From an uncultured Methanosarcinales archaeon (GTDB lineage Archaea > Nanobdellota > Nanobdellia > Woesearchaeales > DSVV01), in contig CAYVNN010000002.1 of the NCBI GenBank assembly GCA_964453185.1, positions 274,308 through 338,307 of the forward strand: 64,000 nt of DNA. The letters run 5' to 3'. Of the stretch, positions 40,101 through 48,039 are shown in pieces. Position 1 is the first letter of the stretch; every line of letters begins with the position of its first letter. The notes beneath the pieces are model-generated. The model saw only the letters and a program-made list of their open reading frames with translations, was not told the origin of the DNA and ran no database searches. Position numbers and translations under genes: made by a program.

Positions 40101-40692
40101 ACTAGGTAATGTAAATCTTAAAGCTCTTGAAATCTATGATTCTGTTGAAAAAGAATATAATCGTTTATTAGATAAAAAGAATTTATTATTAAAAGAAAAA
40201 GATGTAGTTTTTGTAATGATTAATGAGATTGAAACAAAGAAAACAGAACTTTTCATGAAAACATTTGAAATAATCAATGAACACTTTAAAGAAATGTTTA
40301 AAGCAATCTCTTCAAAAGGTGAAGCATTCCTTGATCTAGAAAATCCAAAAGATCCATTGTCAGAAGGAGTCAGGATTAAAGTAAGGATTTCAGGTAAAAA
40401 GTTCTTAGATATTAGAAGTTTAAGTGGTGGAGAAAAAACAATGACTGCTTTAGCATTCATCTTTGCAATCCAGGAACATGAACCAGCATCATTCTATATC
40501 TTTGATGAAGTCGATGCAGCATTAGATAAACATAACTCAGATAAATTATCTAAATTAATCAAAAACTACACAGACAAAGCACAATACATCATTATCACAC
40601 ACAATGATGGTTTAATCTCAGAAGCAGACACATTATATGGTGTTTCAATGACTTCAAACAGCATGAGTAAAGTTGTTAGTTTGAAAGTATAA
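37195..40692 (+). CDS. smc: Chromosome segregation protein SMC
   Basis: N-terminal Walker A (GPNGSGKSN), long coiled-coil arms, a hinge, and a C-terminal signature LSGGEKTMTALAFIFAIQ plus Walker B FYIFDEVDAALD. The start is set to MTRIQKIVMKGFKSF. Confidence 0.9.
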   Translation: MTRIQKIVMKGFKSFGEKTELVFDSNFSCILGPNGSGKSNVGDALCFVLGKGSAKGMRAEKSANLIYNGGKTKNPAKSGEVSIFFDNSSKIFPADTDIIKLTRTIKNSGQSIYRINDKRRTRHEIRELLSIANIDPDGYNVILQGDIVRFVEMSTNDRRLVIEDIAGIGVYEEKKKKALKELEKVETRLNEAEIILTERKTYLKELKKERDQAAKYKELGDKINRNKATYLKARFDTRNKKIEQINKYITNHQDNIDKMQEKINKLKQDVVTNKEGVRQITKEVEQKGEKEQVEMLKVIEKLKVDVASDKNRISTCENELQRVSTRKDQLNASFSEIESKIKELSNETNEINKEKARVQKDISLIESKIQQFRKKNKLDGAEGIDKEIETIDKEAEEKQKEIQELREKQQNLLREKDKVEYQIHSIDEKINKVLEVEKQNKGEIQKLKQMKEEFKKATSELNKCLNEDSNLAAQIGNARDKLSSAQSELAKLNAKNTSIKESAALSIGIKSILDNKKKLGNVFGTVSELGKVKSKFALALEIAAGSRLKSIVVDNDKTASDCIKYLKNKKLGTATFLPLNKIKAPKEVSNIDSLKKANGVYGKAVDLVDYDNKFRNVFKYIYGSTLVVDNIDVARRIGIGSTRMVTLDGDMTELSGAMHGGFRDKKRASLGFQEKEVVEDINKNEKIVGDLTRLMDVLQKKRNENEQNITRLRTFKANLEGDIITKEKSLHLESGDLDASRNLKKDLSKQVDEYGKKLMQDNMKISACNKSLAELKIKKQQLRGRISELRNPRLIAELNTFEQKRGELKETVMTLDGNLKNINMQTKNILSPEQNNILKILKQHDKEEEGFREEIKDLKEKIKLEEVDLKEKEKLQKQFYGQFKGLFQQREKLNEIIQKLENKIIILEENIRATEGKKNTYSIENAKIKAELAGIEEEYKRYEKYPVYTNKSEEQLKKEIWEFERMVERLGNVNLKALEIYDSVEKEYNRLLDKKNLLLKEKDVVFVMINEIETKKTELFMKTFEIINEHFKEMFKAISSKGEAFLDLENPKDPLSEGVRIKVRISGKKFLDIRSLSGGEKTMTALAFIFAIQEHEPASFYIFDEVDAALDKHNSDKLSKLIKNYTDKAQYIIITHNDGLISEADTLYGVSMTSNSMSKVVSLKV

Positions 40693-40701
40693 TCTTTTCT
40701 A

Positions 40702-40840
40702 GCATTTAAACCAGCGCCTTGAGTCACTATCTAAATATTTATCAAATCGCACTAAAAAATGTTGCGGTAGTAATATTATTTCTTAGAATCAGACTCGCCC
40801 TGGTTTAAATGTACTATTTATCAGAGCCGTTGTAGTATTA
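40702..40840 (+). repeat. Structured intergenic repeat, copy R3 (type-1 stem), between smc and dinD-like paralog 2
   Basis: gcatttaaaccag-CGCCTTGAGTCACTATC...cgcactaaaaaatgttgcg...cAGACTCGCC-ctggtttaaatg. The tail is cagagccgttgtagtatta. Confidence 0.75.
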
Positions 40841-41680
40841 TTATTTTAACTTCTTTTTATCTTTATTTTTTAAATAATTATCTTTAGATATAATTGATTC
40901 TCCTAAATTATTTTCTAAATCTTTTCTTGTTCTTTTTGCAATATTTCCACCTTTCTTAGCAGAATCTTTACATTCATCAAATCCTTGGGAATCTTTTTTC
41001 TTTGTTATGTCTGTAGTTGCTTTTTCTCCAATCATGTTTAAGATCAATTCCCAATCAGTCATGTGATCTCTTAAGTTTTGATTTGGTCTTTTTAGTCCTT
41101 TGTAATTCTTATATTCTCCTACTGTTTTTCCAAATGTAGCTTTACTAATTTCATTTGTTAATATTGCAAACTCTTTGCCTTCCTTAACATTTCTATTCTT
41201 CCATTCTTCTGTTAAATCTTGCCGTATTGCAATTCCTCTTAACCTTTTATCTATCCATTCCTTTGGATAACCTTTAAGTTCGTAATATTTTTTAATTCTA
41301 TCTTGTCCTAATTCAGGATTTTCTATTTCTTCAATTCTTTCATATCCAATCTGAGCTAACCATTGTTTAAATGGCTCTGCTTTCTTAGAAGGAATTGATT
41401 GAATAATTCTAAACATAGATTTAGTATTAGCACAGTCTGTAAGTCTCATTTTACCATCTTCTGCTTGTAGTTTCAACTGTACGATTATATCGTACACTTC
41501 AAATCCTTCTTCTTTTAATGTCCTTTTTAAATCAGACCAATACCTTTTTGGAATAGAACTTACTTCTAATGCTGTAACTACATCTACTACAGAAAAATAC
41601 CATTCATCATTATGCCATGTCCTTCTTATGTTTTTACCTTGAAAAACTACTAGTTTATTGACTTCCCCCATAAAAACCAC
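40841..41680 (-). CDS. Bro-N / DinD-like protein, paralog 2
   Basis: About 60% identical over its full length to the ORF at 7843..8697. The shared motifs are the same: NIRRTWHNDEWYFSVVDVV and YKGLKRPNQNLRDHMTDWELI. Confidence 0.65.
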   Translation of the reverse strand: MVFMGEVNKLVVFQGKNIRRTWHNDEWYFSVVDVVTALEVSSIPKRYWSDLKRTLKEEGFEVYDIIVQLKLQAEDGKMRLTDCANTKSMFRIIQSIPSKKAEPFKQWLAQIGYERIEEIENPELGQDRIKKYYELKGYPKEWIDKRLRGIAIRQDLTEEWKNRNVKEGKEFAILTNEISKATFGKTVGEYKNYKGLKRPNQNLRDHMTDWELILNMIGEKATTDITKKKDSQGFDECKDSAKKGGNIAKRTRKDLENNLGESIISKDNYLKNKDKKKLK

Positions 41681-41828
41681 TATGTATAATTAATATAAAA
41701 AATGAATTATTTTAAGCTTAAATCTTATTATCAGAGTGCATAATTTGTAATTTTCAATATTTCCTTTACCCAGAAGTAATCAAAAGAATAAACCTTTATA
41801 AACGTATATTCATTCCTTTATTATTAAC

Positions 41829-42872
41829 ATGAGAAGAACATTATTATTGACAAGTCTTTTATTTGGATCTGCGCAGGCAGCAGAACCTTCTTTTCTTAGA
41901 CCTCTTGAGTTAGAACAACAAGTTTTATCTGATCCTACAACTTCAGTTGTACCAGCAGTACAATCTTCTCTTGAATTTGCTCAAAGAATTGAAGAAACAC
42001 TTAGAGCTCAACAAGTATTTAGTTGGGAAGCCGTTGCAGGATATCAAACATGTGAAGGGGTAGTTTTACAAATCCAACAATTTGATCCTCATTCACCAAG
42101 TCACATTTCATTGTATAGAATTGTGAATAGAAATAATGACCCACAAGATATAAATAATTTACACGTTTTAAAATATGATCCTGATTCAATTGATCCAACT
42201 TTATTTCATCCAGTCCTTGGTTACAGTGGGAATTATTTAGAATTACAAGAACCTCTAAAAGCTAGAGCAATAGCTTCTAGATATGAAATCTTTTTAGATG
42301 GTTTAAGGACAACAGTATATGAAATTAATTCAGACCTTAAAGAAAGAAGATTAGCATTGCTTCGTGAAGAAGATATTGACTATGCTAGGGCAGTTGGTCA
42401 AATTGACGAACAACATAAAACTTTTGAAGATGTTTTTCATGATTATTTTACCAATCTTAGAGGTTTAGAACATACTTCTCAATTATCTGATAAAACATAT
42501 AAAAAAACACGTTATTCTCATGGTTGGAAACTAACACCAAGAAGAAGTTCTCCTTGTAGAGAAACTGCAAAGAACGCTATGATTATGAAAAATCTTGCAG
42601 GAATTGATCGTGATGAATATGTAACTGTTATGTATGCTGATGGAGATAATTATGTTGTTTATAATGAAGCAACTGGTTTAACATATGACATTGAACAAAG
42701 AAGGGATAAACCTATTCAAGATATTTTACCAACAATACTTAGAAGACTAGAGGGACCTGTTCTTTTAGATGAGAGTATTTTTCCAGAGGGATTATCTACA
42801 AGACTTCCAAAATCAACTAGTATTCGACCACTAGGTTCTGAGAATTACAGATTTCTTTTATTAGAAGATTAA
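41829..42872 (+). CDS. Secreted hypothetical protein with bacterial-type signal peptide
   Basis: MRRTLLLTSLLFGSAQA|AEP is a classic Sec signal with an AxA cleavage site. The composition is atypical, and no known domain was recognised. Confidence 0.4.
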   Translation: MRRTLLLTSLLFGSAQAAEPSFLRPLELEQQVLSDPTTSVVPAVQSSLEFAQRIEETLRAQQVFSWEAVAGYQTCEGVVLQIQQFDPHSPSHISLYRIVNRNNDPQDINNLHVLKYDPDSIDPTLFHPVLGYSGNYLELQEPLKARAIASRYEIFLDGLRTTVYEINSDLKERRLALLREEDIDYARAVGQIDEQHKTFEDVFHDYFTNLRGLEHTSQLSDKTYKKTRYSHGWKLTPRRSSPCRETAKNAMIMKNLAGIDRDEYVTVMYADGDNYVVYNEATGLTYDIEQRRDKPIQDILPTILRRLEGPVLLDESIFPEGLSTRLPKSTSIRPLGSENYRFLLLED

Positions 42873-44008
42873 TCTTCTTTTGGTGTATACTTCTCAACTA
42901 TTTTAATAATTTCTTTAGCTGTTTTTTTCCAATTATAATTCTTAACAATTGTTTCTCTAGCTTTTCGACCTAAATATTCTCTTAACTCTTTGTCTTTATA
43001 CAGAATTTCAATTTTCATAGCTAATACTGTTGGGTTTTTGAACGGAAACAACATACCATTCTCTCTTTCTTTAATATATTCTTTAACATAACCAACTGGT
43101 GTAACAACAGGAGGAATACCACAAGCCATTGCTTCCATTGTTGCTAATGATGTTGTCTCAGTTAAACTTGACAATACAAAAACATCCATTGTTTGAAGAT
43201 AAGGAACAACATTATCTTGTGAACCAACCATAATAATATTTCTTGAAGAACTAAACTCTTCTTCTAAATCTTTTATTCCTTTTCCAACAATAAGTAATTT
43301 AACATTATCATATTTTCTTTCTAACCTTCTAAATGCTCTATATAATGTTATTAAATTTTTTTCTCTACCTATTCTTCCACAAAAGCCAATAACAAATGTT
43401 CCTTTCTCAACAGCCAATAAATCTTTAGCCTTTTCTTTATTTTTTGTTGGAACAAATATTTCTGTATCAGTTCCTAACGCAACAACCTCTTTGCTTGCTT
43501 TAATACCTACTTTTGTTAATTTTTCTAATGTTTCAAGAGAAGGACATATTAATAAATCACATTTACTATAGAAATATTTAGCTAATGTTTTTGTTCCGAT
43601 ATTAATTGCATGTTTAAATCTGTCAATACTTTTTGTTGTTAATTCCCAATCAATTGAATGTATGTATGAAATAACAGGTTTATTATATTTTTTTGCAGCT
43701 AAAATTCCACACATTCCAATTGGACCAATGCATTGATTAAATACAACATCTGCTTTTTCAATTATTTTTTTAATTTTTGAATATTCAAATTTACTAAAAT
43801 AAATATCTGCAACTTCCATATTGTACAATGGCAATCTAATAACAACTGCTCCAGTGATTCCTTTAAACTTACCTGGAAACTTAGGTGCTAAGACAGTTAT
43901 CTTATATTCATCTTTTAGTTTTGGAATTATCTCTGATAAAAACCTAGTTACACCATCCCATCTGGGCATAAAACAATCAGTTGTTATTACAAGATGTTTT
44001 TTCTTCAT
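42869..44008 (-). CDS. Glycosyltransferase family 4 (PIG-A/BshA/MshA-like)
   Basis: C-terminal motif SSLTETTSLATMEAMACGIPPVVTPVG. The likely start is MKKKHLVITTD. The longer annotated start would overlap a repeat element. Confidence 0.7.
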   Translation of the reverse strand: MKKKHLVITTDCFMPRWDGVTRFLSEIIPKLKDEYKITVLAPKFPGKFKGITGAVVIRLPLYNMEVADIYFSKFEYSKIKKIIEKADVVFNQCIGPIGMCGILAAKKYNKPVISYIHSIDWELTTKSIDRFKHAINIGTKTLAKYFYSKCDLLICPSLETLEKLTKVGIKASKEVVALGTDTEIFVPTKNKEKAKDLLAVEKGTFVIGFCGRIGREKNLITLYRAFRRLERKYDNVKLLIVGKGIKDLEEEFSSSRNIIMVGSQDNVVPYLQTMDVFVLSSLTETTSLATMEAMACGIPPVVTPVGYVKEYIKERENGMLFPFKNPTVLAMKIEILYKDKELREYLGRKARETIVKNYNWKKTAKEIIKIVEKYTPKED

Positions 44009-44025
44009 TTTTATTACCTTAACTA

Positions 44026-44154
44026 ATAATGCCACCGCTTTAAGCATTAGTACTGTCGCCTTGGCTCACTATCAAATAAAATCATAAGTACGCACTAAAC
44101 TATGTTGCGTTAGTAGTATCTGCACATATAGTCAGAGCCGCCACAGTACTAGTG
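44026..44154 (+). repeat. Structured intergenic repeat, copy R7 (composite: partial type-3 5' arm + type-4 element gcattagtactgt/acagtactagtgc)
   Basis: aataatgccaccgc, then gcattagtactgt-CGCCTTGGCTCACTATC...cgcactaaactatgttgcg...cAGAGCCGCC-acagtactagtgc. Confidence 0.65.
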
Positions 44155-44165
44155 CCTTGCTATTA

Positions 44166-44831
44166 TTATTTTATTTTAGTAAATACCTCAGCATATCTAT
44201 ATCCATATTCTAAACCATTTAATATTGCTCTAGTATAAATTATTGGTATCATTTGTAATAATACCATCTTCTGGCTGTTATGTAATTTAAATGCTTTGAT
44301 CATAACATCTAAAGTTTTAGTAATATCTACAACAAGTTTTGGTTCATTTCTTTTTCTAATATTAATTGGGTTCCATACATCAAATGAATAGACATCACAT
44401 TTATACTTTAATTCATTTAATATTTCTAATATTATTTTTAATACTGCTTGATGATCTGGGTGTGGGTCATCTATTGAATGCGTAAAGATTTTTGTTGGCT
44501 TTTTTTCTTTTATCACTCTTGTAACACTTTTTTTAAGATCTTTATTCTTGAACTCTTCTTTAAACTTTCCTTCCTTTAATCCATAGTATATAACTCCACT
44601 TCCTCCCATTACTTTATCACATTTCTGTGATTCAACAACTCTTGTTTCAACAATTGCCTTTCTATTGTAATGTGGATGAGAGCTTTCACCATATGAAAAT
44701 ATGTATGTATAGAAATTCTTGCCTTCTTTTGCATATTTAACTAATGTTCCACCACAACCAATTACTTGGTCATCATTATGTGCACAGAAAACAAACACAT
44801 TTTCTTCTTTCTTACTATCTTGATTCTTCAT
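44166..44831 (-). CDS. PIG-L / LmbE family N-acetylglucosaminyl deacetylase
   Basis: VFCAHNDDQVIGCGG matches the AHPDDE motif, and HPDH is also present. 221 aa. Confidence 0.7.
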   Translation of the reverse strand: MKNQDSKKEENVFVFCAHNDDQVIGCGGTLVKYAKEGKNFYTYIFSYGESSHPHYNRKAIVETRVVESQKCDKVMGGSGVIYYGLKEGKFKEEFKNKDLKKSVTRVIKEKKPTKIFTHSIDDPHPDHQAVLKIILEILNELKYKCDVYSFDVWNPINIRKRNEPKLVVDITKTLDVMIKAFKLHNSQKMVLLQMIPIIYTRAILNGLEYGYRYAEVFTKIK

Positions 44832-44882
44832 ATGTAATAGGTATTTATAAATTAATTAATAAAGTTTGTTAATATTAGTATT

Positions 44883-44998
44883 AAAACCAGCATTTGTACT
44901 AGCGCCTTAACTCACTATATATTAACCCATGTGTTGCTCTAAAAAATGTTGCGGTAATAAGAATATACTTAGAGCCAGAGTCGCCCTAGTACAAATGC
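44883..44998 (+). repeat. Structured intergenic repeat, copy R4 (type-2 stem gcatttgtactag/ctagtacaaatgc, preceded by aaaaccag remnant)
   Basis: aaaaccag-catttgtactag-CGCCTTAACTCACTAT...gttgctctaaaaaatgttgcg...cAGAGTCGCC-ctagtacaaatgc. It lies in the divergent promoter region between the PIG-L gene and ppdK. Confidence 0.7.
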
Positions 44999-45096
44999 AT
45001 ATTCTTATAATCACTATATGTTCTATTTCCACAACATTTTTTAACAAGAACACTGTCCATATTTAGATAATTACTATTATAGGGAGGGATTTAAAA

Positions 45097-47721
45097 ATGG
45101 AGAAAAATGTATACTTTTTTGGAGCAGGAAAAACAGATGGAAATCAATCAATGAAGGAAGAATTGGGAGGAAAAGGTGCAAATCTAGCAGAAATGGCTAA
45201 TTTAGGAATAAATGTTCCACCTGGCTTTACAATCTCAACAAAGGCATGTGAATTATTTTATGAATCTAATAAAACATTACCACTTAATGTTCTTGAAGAA
45301 ATTCATCAGAATCTAGAACAACTAGAATCTTCTATGGGTAAAAAACTAGGAGATATAAATGATCCATTGCTAGTATCAGTAAGAAGTGGAGCAGCTATCT
45401 CAATGCCAGGAATGATGGATACTGTTCTTAATTTGGGGCTAAATGATACAACAATACAAGCATTAATACAAAAGAGTAATAATCCCAGATTTGCTTATGA
45501 TGCATACAGACGATTATTACAAATGTTTGGAGATGTTGTAATGAATGTTTCCCATACTAAGTTTGAACATGCATTAACAAAATTAAAAGAGACAAAAGGA
45601 GTTAAGTATGATACAGAATTAAATTCAGATGATCTAAAATCTTTAATTGAATCATATAAACAAATAATTAAAGAAACCACTGGTAAAGATTTTCCACAAG
45701 AACCAATTGAACAGCTTAATATGGCTGTCTCTGCGGTTTTCTCTTCGTGGAATAATAATAGAGCAATTTCATACAGAAGGATTAATAAAATTCATGGATT
45801 AAAAGGAACAGCAGTTAATGTTCAATCAATGGTATTTGGTAATATGGGTGAATCATCAGGTACAGGTGTTTGTTTTACAAGAGATCCATCAACAGGTGCA
45901 AAAGTATTTTATGGTGAATATTTAATGAATGCACAAGGTGAAGATGTTGTTGCAGGTACCAGAACACCACAACCACTTGATACACTAAATAATGTAATGA
46001 CAAACTGTTATCAAGAACTTACTGCTATTATGGACAAATTAGAAAAACATTATACAGATATGCAAGACATGGAATTTACAATTCAGGAAGGTAAATTATA
46101 TATTTTACAGACAAGAACAGGTAAAAGAACAGCACATGCAGCAGTTAAGATTGCAGTCGACATGGAACAGGAAGGATTAATTAACAAAGAAACTGCAATA
46201 TTAAGAGTTCAACCTGATCAATTAGATCAATTATTACATAAACAATTAGATGCTGTTGCAAAACAAGAAGCAGAGATTGTTGCCAAAGGTTTACCTGCTT
46301 CACCTGGTGCAGCTGTTGGCCAGGTTGTGTTTAATGCAGATGATGCGAAGAAATGGGCAGATGAAGGTAAAATTGTTATTTTAGTAAGAACAGAAACATC
46401 ACCTGAAGATATTGAAGGTATGCATGCAGCTCAAGGTATCTTAACATCACGAGGAGGGATGACTTCACATGCAGCAGTTGTTGCAAGAGGAATGGGTAAA
46501 TGTTGTGTTGCAGGTTGTGATGATGTTTTGATTAAAGAAAATGAAAGATTCATGCAGGTTGCTGATTTAAAAATAAATGAAGGTGATTGGATTACACTTG
46601 ATGGTTCAACAGGTGAAGTTATTAATGGTAAAATGCCTGTTGTTGATCCTGAGTTAAAGAGTGAGTTTAAAACATTAATGTCGTGGGCAGATGAAGTTAA
46701 GACATTAATTGTTAGAACAAACGCTGACACACCATATGATTCAAAAGTTGCTAGGGATTTTGGTGCAGAAGGAATTGGCTTATGTAGAACTGAGCATATG
46801 TTTTTTGAAGGTGACAGAATTAAAGCAGTTAGAGAGATGATTCTTTCAAAAGATCTCGACGGAAGAAAAAATGCTTTGGCAAAACTTAAACCAATGCAAA
46901 AGAATGATTTTAAAGGATTGTTTGAAGTAATGAGTGGTCATCCAGTTGTAATTAGATTACTTGATCCTCCATTACACGAATTCTTACCAAAAGAAGATGA
47001 AGATATTAAAACAATGGCAACAGAGATGAATATTGAAGTTAATAAAATCAAAGACTTAATCAAATCATTACATGAGTTCAATCCTATGCTTGGTTTCAGA
47101 GGATGTAGATTAGCAGTAAGATATCCAGAGATTGGAGAAATGCAAGCTCAGGCAATACTTGAAGCAGCAGTAGAAGCAAAACAACAAGGACATGATGCAC
47201 AACCATGGATTGAAGTTCCATTGATTGGAGATGTTAAAGAGTTTACATTGGTTAAAGACATTATTGAAAATGTTGCAAATGGATTAAATTTAGAGAGAGG
47301 GAGAGATTATCAAATTGGAACAATGATTGAAGTTCCGAGAGCAGCATTAACAGCAGACGAGATTGCAAAAGAAACAGACTTTATGTCTTTCGGTACAAAT
47401 GATTTAACTCAAATGGGTTGTGGATTTAGTAGAGATGATTCAGGTAAATTTCTTAGTGAATATGTTGAAAAAGGGATCTATGCTGTAGATCCTTTCCAAA
47501 GCATTGATCAGCAAGGAATTGGTGAGTTGATGAAGATTTGTGTTAACAAAGCTAGATCAATTAAACCTGATATACATATTGGTATTTGCGGTGAACATGC
47601 TGGTGAACCTGTATCAGTTGAATTCTGTCATAAGATAGGATTAAACGATGTAAGCTGTTCTCCATACAGGGTACCAATAGCTAGACTAGCAGCAGCACAT
47701 GCAGTTATTAAAGGTAAGTAA
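45097..47721 (+). CDS. ppdK: Pyruvate, phosphate dikinase
   Basis: The 874-aa length, the N-terminal GGKGANLAEM ATP-grasp region, the phospho-His region GGMTSHAAVVARGMG, and the C-terminal PEP-utilising TIM barrel with GICGE. Confidence 0.85.
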   Translation: MEKNVYFFGAGKTDGNQSMKEELGGKGANLAEMANLGINVPPGFTISTKACELFYESNKTLPLNVLEEIHQNLEQLESSMGKKLGDINDPLLVSVRSGAAISMPGMMDTVLNLGLNDTTIQALIQKSNNPRFAYDAYRRLLQMFGDVVMNVSHTKFEHALTKLKETKGVKYDTELNSDDLKSLIESYKQIIKETTGKDFPQEPIEQLNMAVSAVFSSWNNNRAISYRRINKIHGLKGTAVNVQSMVFGNMGESSGTGVCFTRDPSTGAKVFYGEYLMNAQGEDVVAGTRTPQPLDTLNNVMTNCYQELTAIMDKLEKHYTDMQDMEFTIQEGKLYILQTRTGKRTAHAAVKIAVDMEQEGLINKETAILRVQPDQLDQLLHKQLDAVAKQEAEIVAKGLPASPGAAVGQVVFNADDAKKWADEGKIVILVRTETSPEDIEGMHAAQGILTSRGGMTSHAAVVARGMGKCCVAGCDDVLIKENERFMQVADLKINEGDWITLDGSTGEVINGKMPVVDPELKSEFKTLMSWADEVKTLIVRTNADTPYDSKVARDFGAEGIGLCRTEHMFFEGDRIKAVREMILSKDLDGRKNALAKLKPMQKNDFKGLFEVMSGHPVVIRLLDPPLHEFLPKEDEDIKTMATEMNIEVNKIKDLIKSLHEFNPMLGFRGCRLAVRYPEIGEMQAQAILEAAVEAKQQGHDAQPWIEVPLIGDVKEFTLVKDIIENVANGLNLERGRDYQIGTMIEVPRAALTADEIAKETDFMSFGTNDLTQMGCGFSRDDSGKFLSEYVEKGIYAVDPFQSIDQQGIGELMKICVNKARSIKPDIHIGICGEHAGEPVSVEFCHKIGLNDVSCSPYRVPIARLAAAHAVIKGK

Positions 47722-47749
47722 TTAGCACCACTTTAATTAGCATTTGTAC

Positions 47750-47850
47750 TGGCGCCTTGAGTCACTATCTAATAACTTATAATACCGCACTAAAATATGT
47801 TGCGTTGATAATATAATTACATAGAATCAGACTCGCCCTAGTACAAATGC
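47750..47850 (+). repeat. Structured intergenic repeat, copy R5 (type-2 stem gcatttgtactgg/ctagtacaaatgc), downstream of ppdK
   Basis: gcatttgtactgg-CGCCTTGAGTCACTATC...cgcactaaaatatgttgcg...cAGACTCGCC-ctagtacaaatgc. Confidence 0.75.
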
Positions 47851-48039
47851 ATTTTAAGGCTAAGATAATTAATAATCTTTCTCAGAATCAAAAATCGATC
47901 AATCACATCTTTCGAGTAAGGTTTTTACCGCCGTAAGACGAACCTATAGGATTCAACTCCGAAAACCTCTGCTTTCGAATGCGATTGACCAAGACTATTT
48001 CTGACAGAACTCATATTTAAATTTATTGAAAATAAAGAA

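Noticed and set aside
15100-47850. Interpreting the repeat family as C/D box, H/ACA or hammerhead-type RNAs
   Set aside because: No RUGAUGA/CUGA box pairs, no ACA/ANANNA 3' boxes at hairpin ends, and no CUGAUGA...GAAA hammerhead core. The conserved blocks do not match these classes.
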